Shown here: positions 48,500 to 60,931 of the stretch, piece after piece
Layout: each line of letters begins with the position of its first letter
Numbering within the stretch: the stretch's first letter is position 1
Origin: Octopus bimaculoides
Taxonomy: Eukaryota
Length of the DNA stretch: 64,000 nucleotides
Assembly: GCF_001194135.2 (NCBI RefSeq)
Contig: NC_068990.1
Location: 16,471,103-16,535,102, forward strand
Reading direction: 5' to 3'
Translations under genes and position numbers: made by a program
The notes under the pieces: generated by a model
What the model saw: the letters and a program-made list of their open reading frames with translations, nothing else
Databases searched by the model: none
Told to the model about the DNA's origin: nothing

Positions 48500-51320
48500 C
48501 TAAATGGGTTCTATAACCTAAAAATCAGAAATATTCAAATTCCTAAATATTTCTTTTTATATTGTCGTAGTTTAAACGGAAATTAGAAAGAATATTTTAT
48601 CCTGTCTTCCAAATTCGGTAACGCAATAATATTAATTAGGACGAAATTATAGGCTTTTCTGTGTCGTTCAAAGATTATAAAAAGTTTTTAAAATAACTAA
48701 AAATGTAATGACTTCTTTTTTTCGTTAACTCAATATTAGCTAATTGGAAATAATATAATCATCATATACACTTTCAAAAAGTTTATTAAGCAAAGTTTTT
48801 TTAAAAAAATACGAATTATTAAGGAAATTATCAAGAAATGAGAGAATGGGTGTCTCAAACTGTAGTTACGCTTTTAATTATAAGACAAAGTATCAAACAA
48901 TAAACTGAAACCTTCCCAGTTCGGTTAAACCAAATAATACTAGTTACTGGTTTACGTAGTTAATATTAGAGTATTAAATTCAAAGATCGTCTTCGAAAAT
49001 TGGCCTATTCATTTAGATTTTTTTCCGGAACTAAATAACTGACGTAACACATTGGACATTAATTACAATGGACGGATAGGTGTCCTCACCTATCCGTCCA
49101 TTGTAAATAATGTACATAATTCCTTATATCAAAAATATAGAATAGTATAACACATCGGGTATCAATCTTTTTTAGCTTTATAAAGGAACACTGGAACATA
49201 AAATAAAACATCATCCATCCACTTCACACGGAGGAGTTTATTATATTTAAATGTTTTTACAGTTAAAAATATAGAATACTATTGCTTACCTTATATTATT
49301 GTCGTATATTTGCTTGTATATAACAAAATGATGAAAGCATTCAGTGTTGGTGACACTCAGACATTAAATATAGATTTTTTTTCTAAAGTTTTAAATTATT
49401 TTAAAATTCCGCGGTTCACCATTTCAAAATTTCTGAGTTAATGTCGTCTGCTCTTTCCAGTTTGCTCAGAACACGTGACAGTGTTGGAGGCTCGGTCGGT
49501 TCTCTCTCTTTCTCTCTCTTGCCTACAATATGAAAAGTACCGCCCCCACCTCATTCAGCTACGCTAGTAATCAGGCTGGTCACCCAACCTGCTAGAGATA
49601 ATGACCAAATATCTCCCAAATCACTCCCTAAACCGTCTTAAAAACTTGAAGTGGTACACTGGATGATATAGTCTTAGATGCTCTGCCTGAAATAGAGACA
49701 TGATGGTTATAGGGGGTAGGGGATTGCGCGTTATTGTTCGTCTGTTAGTTCAAAGATCTCGCGATGCTAAACCTGTATAAGAAAAGACATTGTTTCCCCA
49801 TCTGTGTGACTACATGTTACCCTGGAGACCAATTACAACATTGCTAGCACATCGCTTGCCAAGATATTACACACTTTATTTTAAAAGTAAATAAGAGTAT
49901 AAATAAAGTATTGAATTTAATTTCATAACAGAAAAAAAAAATGGAAGAATAACAACGTTTTAACTTATTTTAACCTACAAATTGAAAATATTTAAAGTTT
50001 TAAATAGCTGTGTTTTACGTTGTCGTAGGTTAAACGGAAAAGAAAATGTTTTATCGTGTCCTCCAATTTCAGATTGATAATGAAATAATATCAATCAGGA
50101 TAATGTCATAGACATTTCTGCGTTGTTTGTGATTATTAGCAAGTTATTAAAATAGCCAAAATAGTATTGTCTTTTTTTTTTCTGGGGAAAACAAAAAATT
50201 GATTAGAAATAGCATAATTGTCATGTACACCGTCAAAATGTTTCCTCAGAAAATAATTATTTTAAAATACGAATTATAGAGGAAATTATCTGGAAACAAA
50301 GTCGAGAGAATTGGTGTCCCGGACTGTAATTGTGGAGGCACATGGCCAAGTGGTTAGAACAGCGGTGGAGGGATGGTGGGTTCGAATCTCAAACTGGGCG
50401 ATGTGTGTGTTTATAAGCGAAGCACCTAAGATTCACGCAGCTCCGGCACAAGGTAATGGCGAACTTATGAAACCAGCCTTTTTGAGCCAGGCATGGCTCG
50501 AGAAGGAACAAAAAAACACTAATTATGTTTTTAATTACAAGACAAAATATCAAACAATTAAAACCTTCCCTGCCAGGTTTAATCTAATAACACCAGTTAC
50601 TGATTAACGTAGTTAATTGGAGTATTAAATTCAAAGACCGTCTTTGATAATTGGTCTATTGATTTAGATTTCTTCCGGAACTGAATAACTACGACATAAC
50701 ACACTTGGTGTCAATCATTTTAGCTTTATAAAGCAACATAAAATAAAACATCATCCATCCACTTCACGCGGAGGAGTTTATTATATTTAAATGGTTTTAC
50801 AGTTAAAAATATAGAATACCATTGTCATATATTTGCTTGTATATGACAAAATGATGAAATAAGTCAGTGTTGGCGACACTCAGACATTAAATATAGATTT
50901 TTTTCTAAAGTTTTAAATTATTTTCAAATTCCACGGTTCACCATTTCAAAATTTCTGAGTTAATGTCGGAGTCTATCACGTGACGTGTCGTCTGCTCTTT
51001 CCAGTTTGTTCAGAACACGCGATAGTGTTGGACGCTCGGTCGGTTGTCACTCTCTCTCTCTCTCTCTAACACCGCCACCACTACCACCATATTAGTCTGG
51101 ATTGAGCGGAGTCGACTCTTTCTAGCAATCTGAACCACAAGACGAAACTGTAGGAAGCTATTATTTTATTGCTCGATCTGCTGCAAATGGCAGCATATTT
51201 CTCTCAATTTACTCCCTCTCTCTCTCTCTCTGTATGTATACATATATATATATATATAAGGGGTACATTTGATAAGATAGTATGAGATGCACTGCCTGAA
51301 ATAAAAACGAGATTGTCATA
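48500..51320. repeat. ~1.4-kb direct tandem duplication (copy 1 ~48500-49950, copy 2 ~49960-51320)
   Basis: Colinear blocks, e.g. AAAATAAAACATCATCCATCCACTTCAC at ~49200 and ~50738, and GTCGTCTGCTCTTTCCAGTTTG at 49443 and 50987. Confidence 0.85.
50334..50520 (+). mobile_element. tRNA-derived SINE inserted in duplicate copy 2 only
   Basis: A-box TGGCCAAGTGG at 50343-50353, B-box GGTTCGAATC at 50379-50388, A-rich tail, TAATT(G/A)T flanks; absent at the paralogous site near 48870. Confidence 0.8.
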
Positions 51321-52974
51321 ATGAAACGTCTTCTGTCATTGGTTTGTCATTCAGAGCTCTACCGGTACTAAACATCTATGATATAGCACATTGGTTCTCA
51401 ATGATTTTGAATTCGTGACACTGGCGATTAATTACATTGCCTGTAGATTTTGCATGGAAAAACTGTTTTATAAGTAATATATATCTATCTCGTGAATAAC
51501 AAGTTTTTCAAGGGGCACCATTTGTGAACCACTAAAATATATAGTAATATTATATCTCGGAGTACACACATGATGCTATAAATTATAACAAATAAATATT
51601 GAGTTGAAAACCCATTTGGATTGAAAAGGTCGAAGGCTGCTCATAGTACTCGAACACTACATATATAACTCTTGAAAAGCAGTTTTAATTAAAACACTAC
51701 TGCAAGTTTTTATTCACTTCTGACTTGCTTACACTATTCTGAAGTAATCCACGGCCCCGATCTGTGATAGTTTGAGAAACCCTATTCTAAAGCCTTAATC
51801 CATTTCATTCTGATCTGCAGGAAACTGCCTCTAATCTTATGATAAATATTTAGTTTTAACGTGATCTGAAGCAAGATTTTCCATCAAAATTTCGTATTTA
51901 TTGTAAACATTAGCTTAATAATTATTACAATCTCCATGGCATATAAGTAACCAAGATCACTTTCCTCCTGATCTGGACGCAGCTCCGTTACAGGGTTCTA
52001 GGCGAGCAATTTCGGGTGTGGAAGGGAACAAGTCAATTGCACCGATCCTAACACTTGACTGGTACTTTATTTTATTGACCTTAAAGGGATGAGAAGCAAA
52101 GCTGATCTCGGCGGGATTTGAATTCAAAGCGCAAACAGCATTAGTGCCATTTAGAATTTTGTCCGACGTGCTGACCATTCTGCAATCTAGCAGCCTTAAG
52201 ATGACTGGATCTTCCAGAGGTTGTTAACGTATTTTAGACCAGAAATATTAAAGGTATATAACTGAGACTTGTCTATGTTAAGCAACTGGCATTACCAAGT
52301 AATTCTCTCCCTTGAGCGACAGTAACCGCATTTAGTGTTGTAACAAATGGATTTTCCTGAAGAAAATTGTGAGCAATATAGAGTAATGGCATAAAAATGA
52401 AACATTCGTGTCTGTGGGTAAGAAATGCCACAACCTTTAGAAAACCGTTGCTGTTGTGAACAATAACATGGCAGGTTTAATGTAGAAGCACAGCAATGAT
52501 ATATGGACAAAGATTTTAAAAAGTTACAAATGAAGAACATTAAGTTTGACTGAATGGATAAATTCAACTTAATAGACAATGCTTATCTGACTAGAATCTT
52601 AGCACCCCCCACCCAAGTTTCGTCTTATTTTCCTACGCATTTACAGCTCGATGCCCATCCTGTCACCAACCACACCTTTTTTTTTTTTTGGGTTTAAGGA
52701 ATCTTTCACGTTTTTGAAAGCACATAGTAAGTGCACCATTTTCTTTTTAATTAAGTGAAACCATTTGTTAGTAAGTTTTAAAAAAGACAAACATGCACCT
52801 TTGTGTGTAAAAATATATACAAGACTCCTTTCAGTTGCCATCGACCAAATTCACTCATAAGGCATTGGTCAACCTGGGGTTCTGCTAGAAGACAGTTGTC
52901 AAGCATGTCACACAATAGGACTGTAACCTAAACCAGATGGTTGGGATGCAAACTTTAACCACACAGCCATACTT

Positions 52975-53660
52975 CATCATCATCATCGTTTAACGTCCGC
53001 TTTGCATGCTAGCATGGGTTGGATGATTTGACTGAGGACTGGTGAACCAGATGGCTACACCAGGCTCCAATCTGATTTGGCAGAGTTTCTACAGCTGGAT
53101 GCCTTTCCTAACGCCAACTACTCAGAGTGTAGTGGGTGCTTTTACGTGCCACTGGTATGAAGGTACTGGCAATGGCCATGCTCAAAATGGTGTGTTTTAC
53201 GTGCCACCTGCACAGGAGCCAGTCCAGCGGTACTGGCAATGAACCTGCTCGAATGTCTTTTCACGTGCCCAAGTGCCAGGAAGGCGACGTTGGTAATGAT
53301 CACGCTCAAATGGTGCTNNNNNNNNNNGGATTTTGGTCTCACTTGGCTTGCCGGGTCTTCTCAGACACAGCATATTTCCAAAGGTCTCGGTCACAAGTCA
53401 TTGCCTCGGTGAGGCCTAATGCTTGGAGGTTGTGCTTCACCACCTCATCCGAGGTCTTCCTGGGCCTGCCTCTTCCACGGGTTCCCTCAACCGCTAACGT
53501 GTGGCACTGTTTCACACAGCTATCCTCATCCATTCTCGCCACATGTCCATACCAGCACAATCGTCTTTCTTGCACACCACAACTGATGCTTCTTAGGTTC
53601 AACTTTTCTCTCAAGATACTTACACTCTGTAGGATATGCACACTAACATTACTCATCCAT
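52975..53660 (-). mobile_element. RTE LINE 3' fragment
   Basis: (CAT)n tail, 3' UTR subrepeats, and ORF 53339-53656 RRLCWYGHVARMDED...RGRGRPRKT. Confidence 0.85.
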
Positions 53661-55146
53661 AATTTTTTTCATATAATGCATTGACATGTAGAAGATAGCA
53701 CGCACACACACAAACATGGTTGCATGGGTGAGAAGTTAGTTTTGAAACTATATGCTTCTGAGTAATCTCACATGGCCCCAAGGATGGGTATCTCCTCATA
53801 TAATTTCGTATCAACAAAAGCAAAGTTTAGCAAATGGAAACTGAGGCTGATTCATTCTGTATGCTATGCAATATATCTAGTCATATATATATATCTTTTG
53901 TATCTACTCATATATATCGCTTTTCCACAACAGAATTTGAAGCATATTTTCTATGGCTGAATGCTTCCTGTTGCCAATTCTCATCCATTTCCAAGCAAGT
54001 TATTTCTCCATGGCCAAACAATATTTCCATGTAAAATGGGAAATGATCACTTGTATGATGGCAATGCTCACTTACAACCATCAAGTATCAAGACAAGTGT
54101 AACATACAAATGCAAACGAGGTTTCTTCCAGTTTGTCCTCTGGCCCTACTGGACTAGTCCAATGAGTGAAAAAGTCTAATGAAATGCTGTTGTATAGCAA
54201 GGGGGGGAAAAAAAAAAAAAAAGAAAAAAAAAAAGAACCTGACTAAACTATCTAAGACTAATAAAAAACAAGTCAACTGTTAACTGTCCTGCCTTTTATT
54301 ATTCAGAATAATGTATTTATACACTTGCCCCCTTTTTTTAAGGCTAAGTATTTGAAGGAAATTTGGTTACTACTTATAGCATTTTAGACAACCATGTACA
54401 GGCTCCTTGTAGTGAACTGTTCTATAAATTGGTAGCATGAGCAAGTGCAATAATAGACCGATATGGAAACAGTTGAATAAAAATATTTGTTTTGTTCATT
54501 ACATCCCCCCATCAATTCTAGGAAGTGTTAGTGAAACATTGTTTTACAGTAAGATACCCCTACTTGTCACTGGCCCACACCTATTTTTCAAGTAAGGAAT
54601 CTGTTCACACAGCTTTAATGACACGAAGCAAACAGTGTTGATAAAAGCAATGCTACCATCATCACTTGAAGCTAAGATTTAGGGAAATGCCAGAGAATCC
54701 CTTTTTCTTTGTGTGTGCATATGCTATTTCCACTGTGACTGCTCTTCTTAGACATGCATACTGCCAACATTATTTGATTGCCCCAAGCACATAATTCAGT
54801 TACAATCTTTGTCAAATGAAACTGACTTAAAACCCTGCTTTAACCTGATTTACCATATGGAATTTACACTTAAGCAACACAAACTTCCATGGATTTTGTC
54901 CAACCAAATTTCACCCTAAAAAGCAGTAGTCAAAAAGTGATGTGCATTGGAATCACACCTAGAACCACATGGTCCTAGATTTTACCCATGTGATCATGAC
55001 TGCAGCATAAAGAAAATTCATCAAATAGTAAAATAATGTTTCAAACAAAGAGTTGGCTAAAACCCCCAAAAACATTTCTAATAATGCAACATAAAAATAA
55101 GAACAACGAGGTTATCTTTGAGAAAGTCTGACAACTTTCTCAGCTA

Positions 55147-55152
55147 TTTATT
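55147..55152 (-). terminator. Candidate calreticulin polyadenylation signal
   Basis: AATAAA on the - strand ~490 nt after the stop; another candidate lies at ~54295. Confidence 0.45.
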
Positions 55153-55640
55153 TGTAAATTTACATATATTACATCCTTTTGTTTTAAATTAAAAAAAATA
55201 TATATAATAAAAAACAAAAAAGAAAAACAAAGTGACAACAGGACAAAAAACAGCAAACAGACCATGTCAGTTCATGTCATGCTTGTAAAAACGAAGTACA
55301 TTTCAAACACAGGCGGTTTTGATGTGCACATGAAAATGGAATTGACAAGATTTTTCAATAGCTTTGAAGACATTTTAGGTTCCAATCCTGTTGCCATTCT
55401 TCCAACAGACCATTGCTGCTGCTGCTGCAGGGGAACCCAACATCCTGCTTAGCATCAATATTTTCTCAAACAGATATTTTAACTGTGAGCCACAACTGAT
55501 GTAATTTCGGTCATCTTCAAATTAAAAGAGAGTCTTGTCACATGAATGATGAATTGACCCATCCCAGCCCATGGAGTCAGCCCAAACCCTCCCCCTCCCA
55601 AAGAAACAAGAAAGTTACTGGTGATGTAACTCAAGCAGCT

Positions 55641-55664
55641 TTACAATTCTCCACCGTGGGAATC
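55641..55664 (-). CDS. CALR: Calreticulin terminal coding exon (DSHGGEL*)
   Basis: Strong acceptor TTTCTTTTTGTTTCAG, phase 0, ending -EL-TAA; no other xxEL-stop exon was found by eye between 55680 and 56688. Confidence 0.75.
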   Translation of the reverse strand, partial: DSHGGEL

Positions 55665-56688
55665 CTGAAACAAAAAGAAAAACAGTAAGTTTTGTTGAAG
55701 CATTTTCTTGACAAATAAGTAGTTAATTATCTCCCCTGAAGCTTTTTTTTCTTTTCTAACTTTAGATATTGCATTCGATTGCTGTCATACAGAAGCACTT
55801 CCTACCAAAAGCTATGCTGGCAGGAGTTTTTGATAGACCCACTCAGGTTGGACAGATCAACTATTAAAGGCCAAATACAAAGCAATCCACTGGTCCTGTA
55901 AGTTGAGATCAAGGGCACAGTGATACAGCCCAGTCCCATAAAAATAGTTTTTAAGCAGAAATAGCACCAAAAAGCTATTTGATACAACTGCTAAGCTTTC
56001 AAGCTAACCAAAATCTGGCCCTAACTCAGGATTGATGAATCTTCACTACAGACCAACATACTAGTAGGCACAGCAGGAGCAAGAGTAAGTGACTAAATCT
56101 ACCCCAGTACAACACAAAGAGATTCCACAGATTCCTCTTCCAACCTATTGATCAATATGTACAATATCTTGTACTGTTTTGTTTTCAGCTCTGGTCCTAT
56201 TCCTGGATATATGTATAAGTCAGAATTCAAACCAGGAACTTAAATTTCTGAACTAAAGTACTAAGCACAGGTTTAATCTGGATACCAAAAGTTTGGTGAA
56301 TAAGGAAATCATCCATTTAGAAATAAAAGTTTCTACTTCCACACACAGGATACACCAAAACTGTCTCAAAATCCTCTTCACAACTGTAGTTGATAAAATT
56401 CATCATCATTAAACTTTTGGAAATCAGTAAAAGTGCTCCTGAATCTGAATTATTTTAGATTATATTTAATAATCTTACTTTCTTTATCACAATCTTGCAA
56501 GCACAGATCCCAAGAAAATGAGTTTAATTTTAAAACTAGATTATCATGGGCAAACATATTAAGTCATAAGTCTCAGTAGAATACAAACATGACAAAATGT
56601 TTGAAATTCACATAACTTGGAAAACTTCACTTAGGCTCAATAAATCCATGTATTCACCAAGTTCACAAAAGTAAAAAAAAAACCTTAC

Positions 56689-56768
56689 CTTTTTGGGTTC
56701 TTCTTCCTCTTCTTCATCCTCATCTTCATCTTCGTCTTCCTCCTCCTCATCTTTTTTCTTATCAGCTT
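56689..56768 (-). CDS. CALR: Calreticulin acidic C-tail exon (EADKKKDEEEEDEDEDEDEEEEEEPKK)
   Basis: AAG acceptor (NAGNAG), GTAAGG donor, phase 1 to 0. Confidence 0.85.
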
Positions 56769-57622
56769 CTTCAAAATTAAAGATTAAAAACCATGTTAAA
56801 AGACAAAAATAAGACATTAACTGAAGATAAAATTGGAAGAAAACTTGCTTACACCTAATTAGACAATGCACTCAATGAGTCCAGCTGTAAAAAGTGCCCA
56901 ACCATATTCACTCCTTCATAAGTCTTATATCATATCTACAGCTGTCACAAAATAACCTACAGTTCAATTGTTCAGAGAACAAAAACAAAAACTAAGCATT
57001 CTTCTCTTTGAGTAAGAATGATTAGCTTCATTTTAAGAACTTCATGTTTGTACCAGGTGTTTATTTTTTGCATTTTATCAAGTGAATTTCTCTGGATTCA
57101 TTTCTCCTTTCAATTCATGAGCTTGGTGGTGGTTGGTGAGTTAGAATCCAGTGACAATGATTTATAAACTGGATGCCCTTTCAAATGCCAACTACTTTAT
57201 GGAATGTACTGTGTGCTTTTCATAGTACCAGCACTTATGAGGTACCCAAGTAAATTCCAAGTCAAAGAAAAAGCTCCTGCAACTGAGTGGGAATGTATTT
57301 TGCAATGGGTAGGGAGGAATCTTTATGGTAGGTGTTGAGAGTAAAGTATGATAGAGAGACAAACACAGGCGTTGTATCAGCAAATTTCAAATTCCTGCAG
57401 TACTTATGAGAAATTACTACAGGACTAAGAGAGTAACTAAATTACCGAACAATTTGGCCAAATGAATGCAGCACAGTTCTTAATCGTTACACTCCTTTTG
57501 GGTGCAACTCCTCTTGTTGCCGTCATCATTACTGTTGAGGTGAAAATTAAATAGGATTCAGATCTGCATTGAAACATTTGCTACATGAAAGATAAATTTA
57601 AAATTGAAAAATAGAAACCAAC

Positions 57623-57707
57623 CATCCTCTTTCATTTTCTTTTCTTCTTCTTCTCGGACTTTTCGTTCTTCCTCTTCCTGTTGGTCTTTCATTTTCTTTT
57701 CAGGATC
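57623..57707 (-). CDS. CALR: Calreticulin C-domain exon (DPEKKMKDQQEEEERKVREEEEKKMKED)
   Basis: TTTAG acceptor, GTTGGT donor, phase 0 to 1. Confidence 0.85.
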
Positions 57708-58051
57708 CTAAAGTAATAAAAGAATAAAAATTAGGAAATATATCTACCTAACTCGTAGCTACAGGTTTGAACAACCATCACCACCACAATCTTACCAGTA
57801 AGTACCAACAGTCTCAAGTTAATGACATCATTTAACATACACATTTCATTTCTTAAACGAGTTACTATCAAAACCTGTTTACAAAAGTCAGATTTCACAC
57901 CCAAGATGAAGGGGGTCACAAAAAACATTGTAAGCTTCTTGTGATATTCATGTTATATAACTAATCTTTGGCAACTGTCGCCAAATAAGCATCATCTATC
58001 AACACTACCAAATATCAGTAAATAACTTTGGTAAAATGAAATCAACATTAC

Positions 58052-58144
58052 CTTAGTTTTTGCCCATGTCTCTTTGGCATGTTCTTGTGCATCTGCAACA
58101 CTGTTACTAACATGTATGTTATCAAAGATGGTTCCAGATTTAAC
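58052..58144 (-). CDS. CALR: Calreticulin exon (VKSGTIFDNIHVSNSVADAQEHAKETWAKTK)
   Basis: VKSGTIFDN signature; 93 nt; CATTAG acceptor and GTAATG donor. Confidence 0.95.
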
Positions 58145-59142
58145 CTAATGAAATAAAAAAAATTTTAAAATCAAAATGCCAGAATATGTGCCCAATAAAA
58201 TATTTCAACCAATACCTTATCAGTATAAAAGCTGTACAGAAGCCAGTTGTGTGTGTGTGTGTNNNNNNNNNNNNNNNNNNNNNNNNNNNNNNNNNNNNNN
58301 NNNNNNNNNNNNNNNNNNNNNNNNNNNNNNNNNNNNNNNNNNNNNNNNNNNNNNNNNNNNNNNAAAAAAAAAAAAAAAAAAAAAAAAAAATTATTTGATA
58401 AACAAGGAGGGAGGCTTGGCAACAGAAAGAAAATCAGCAAGCCTCACCCACTCTATGCTAGCATGGAAAGCAACACCAATTTCATGTGTTTGATTTATAT
58501 CAAGCAAACATACCTACATAATATTCCTATAGTGCATGTGCACACAGAGTTATATGTAAATATATCTATAAAGACACTTGTCCACGATGTCACTCAGTGG
58601 GACTGTACTTCATGTGATTAACAATTGTATAGGTAAACCTGAACACAAGGAGTAATAAAACAAGAACCTCAATCCTATCAACATGGTTTACAAACCAGAA
58701 AATGAACATGTGTAGATATGAGAAATACAAACTCACAAACACACATTATACAACAACCTTTTTTCAGTTCCCATTTACCTAAATACATAAATACCAGGCA
58801 CAAACACAAAAAATGCTGCTGAAAAGGAATGAGCAGTAATTAGAAAGACTGATAAACCAGTCAATCAATATTAAAAAAAGTGAACTACATTCCTAAAATC
58901 CAACATTGTCTAATTCTCTGACCATTATTTGCACAGCTCATTATAATTAGAGTCAATTCTTACTCAGAATCATAGCCCTCCAAGACAGGTTGGCAAATAC
59001 ACCTCATTTGGCTTTTGGTATGATTTCTTCAGCTTCAACCTAACAACCAGTCCTCCACTACCACACAGTGTATATGCCATAAAAAATAGGTTTTATATCA
59101 GAGAATAGAGCATCCTTTCAAAAGTGCCTCTCTCTCTCTCTC

Positions 59143-59180
<38 letters not shown>

Positions 59181-59183
<3 letters not shown>

Positions 59184-59586
59184 CACAGATGTGGCTGTGT
59201 GGTAAGAAGCTTGCTTACCAACCACAAGGTTCTGAGTTCAGTCCCACTGCGTGGCACCTTGGGCAAGTGTCTTCTACTATAGCCTCAGGCTGACCAAAGC
59301 CTTGTGAGTGGATTTGGTAGACGGAAACTGAAAGAAGCCTGTCGTATGTATGTATATATATATATATATGTATATGTGTGTGTGTGTCTGTGCTTGTCCC
59401 TTCAACATCACTTGACAACCAATGCTGGCGTGTTTACATCCCTGTAATCTAGCGGTTCGGCAAAAGTGACCGATAGAACAAGTACTAGGCTTACAAAGAA
59501 TAAGTCCTGGGGTCAATTTGCTCGACTAAAGGCGGTGCTCCAGCATGGCTGCAGTCAAATGACAAACAATTAAAAGAATAAAAGAG
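59181..59586 (+). mobile_element. Full-length ~400-bp tRNA-derived SINE with an internal (TA/TG)n tract
   Basis: TGGCTGTGTGGT A-box-like, GTTCAGTCC B-box-like, CCTTGGGCAAGTG core; near-identical neighbour at 59839. Confidence 0.8.
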
Positions 59587-59838
59587 TATATAAGTTATAC
59601 TATATAAATATGCGCGTGCATGTGCATATGACTTAGCTAAGATGTCTAATTTAATAATTGTCCCTAATCAAACTGGCGATTGACGGTATTCCAGCCATGA
59701 CCATCTCATCTTTTTGTGTTTAGAAAACCAGGACCACATTCAGTGTACCCAATCATCTAATTGGCTAGGATTTGGGAAAGACTCGTTTTCTATTTGTGTA
59801 ACCACATACAAGCACCCTCCATACACACACGCATATAT

Positions 59839-60228
59839 AGGCACAGATATGGCTGTGTGGTAAGAAGCTTGCTTCCCAACCACATGGTTCAAGTTCAGTC
59901 CCACTGCATGGCACCCTGGGTAAGTATCTTCTATTACAACCTCAGGCTGACCAAAGCCTTGAGTGGATTTGGTAAGCGGAAACTGAAAGAAGCCTGCCAT
60001 GTGTGTATGTATGTATATGTCCCCCCACCATTGCCTGGCAACCAATGTTGGTGTGTTTACGTCCCCAAAACTTAGCAGTTTGGCAAAAGAGACTGATAGA
60101 ATAAGTACTAGGCTTACAAAGAATAAGTACTAGGCTTACGAAGAATAAGTCCTAGGGTCGATTTGTTCAACTAAAGGCAGTGCTCCAGCATTGCCGCAGT
60201 CAAAATGACTTGAAACAAATAAAAGAAT
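59839..60228 (+). mobile_element. Second full-length copy of the same SINE
   Basis: Colinear with 59181-59586; carries a 22-bp internal tandem duplication (GAATAAGTACTAGGCTTACAAA). Confidence 0.8.
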
Positions 60229-60495
60229 ACACCGTTTTACATACATTTTCCCCACATACATCAGCATTGTAAAGATGTGTCAAGTGCAAACACTTCTGTA
60301 CTGGATATTCTTATAGTAAGCCACTTGCCTAGTATCTAGAAGGACTTACCAGTCTTGGTTATGACCCTTTGATCACTAGACATAACAGTTATATGGAAGG
60401 TTTGAATGTACAGCTACGAGACTGCTCAGGGCAGATATTGTGCCTTGTTGTTATCATTAATTTGTTGTTGACCATAAGTGCTAAAAGATATTTAC

Positions 60496-60639
60496 CTGCC
60501 ATAAGTCAAAGCCTACAGCACCAATGCTAGTGTATTTGTAGAGATTTGTGTCAGGAGAATAGTCTGGGTTATCAATTTCTGGGTGGATCCATTCGCCCTT
60601 GTAGCTGGGATTATCAATCTGCTTGGGTTTCCATTCACC
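60496..60639 (-). CDS. CALR: Calreticulin P-domain exon (GEWKPKQIDNPSYKGEWIHPEIDNPDYSPDTNLYKYTSIGAVGFDLWQ)
   Basis: Type-2 P-domain repeats and GxDLWQ; 144 nt; canonical splice sites. Confidence 0.96.
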
Positions 60640-60742
60640 CTGTAAAGAACAATATCAGTCACCATGTCAAAAACTGAAAGGTTATCAAGCTGAGATATCA
60701 AAGTGTACATTTACACAATCTGAACTCTTAATGACAACTTAC

Positions 60743-60931
60743 TTTGTAAGCTGGGTTATCAATCATAGGGGGTTCCCATTCTCCATCCATATCATCATCC
60801 CAATCATCAGGTTTCTTGGCATCGGGGTCAGGAATGTGTTCAGGTTGATCCCAATCATCAGGTTTTTTGTCATCAGGGTCATCCATTTTCTCACGATCAT
60901 CCCAATCTTCTGGTTTCTTTGCACTGGGATC
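60743..60931 (-). CDS. CALR: Calreticulin P-domain exon ([12 protein letters not shown]...KKPDDWD...[14 protein letters not shown])
   Basis: Three KPEDWD-type repeats; 189 nt; canonical splice sites. Confidence 0.96.

Noticed and set aside
50334-50400. tRNA gene (A and B boxes; similarly 59181 and 59839)
   Set aside because: No cloverleaf or acceptor stem; continues into a SINE body and A-rich tail, and is absent from the paralogous site.
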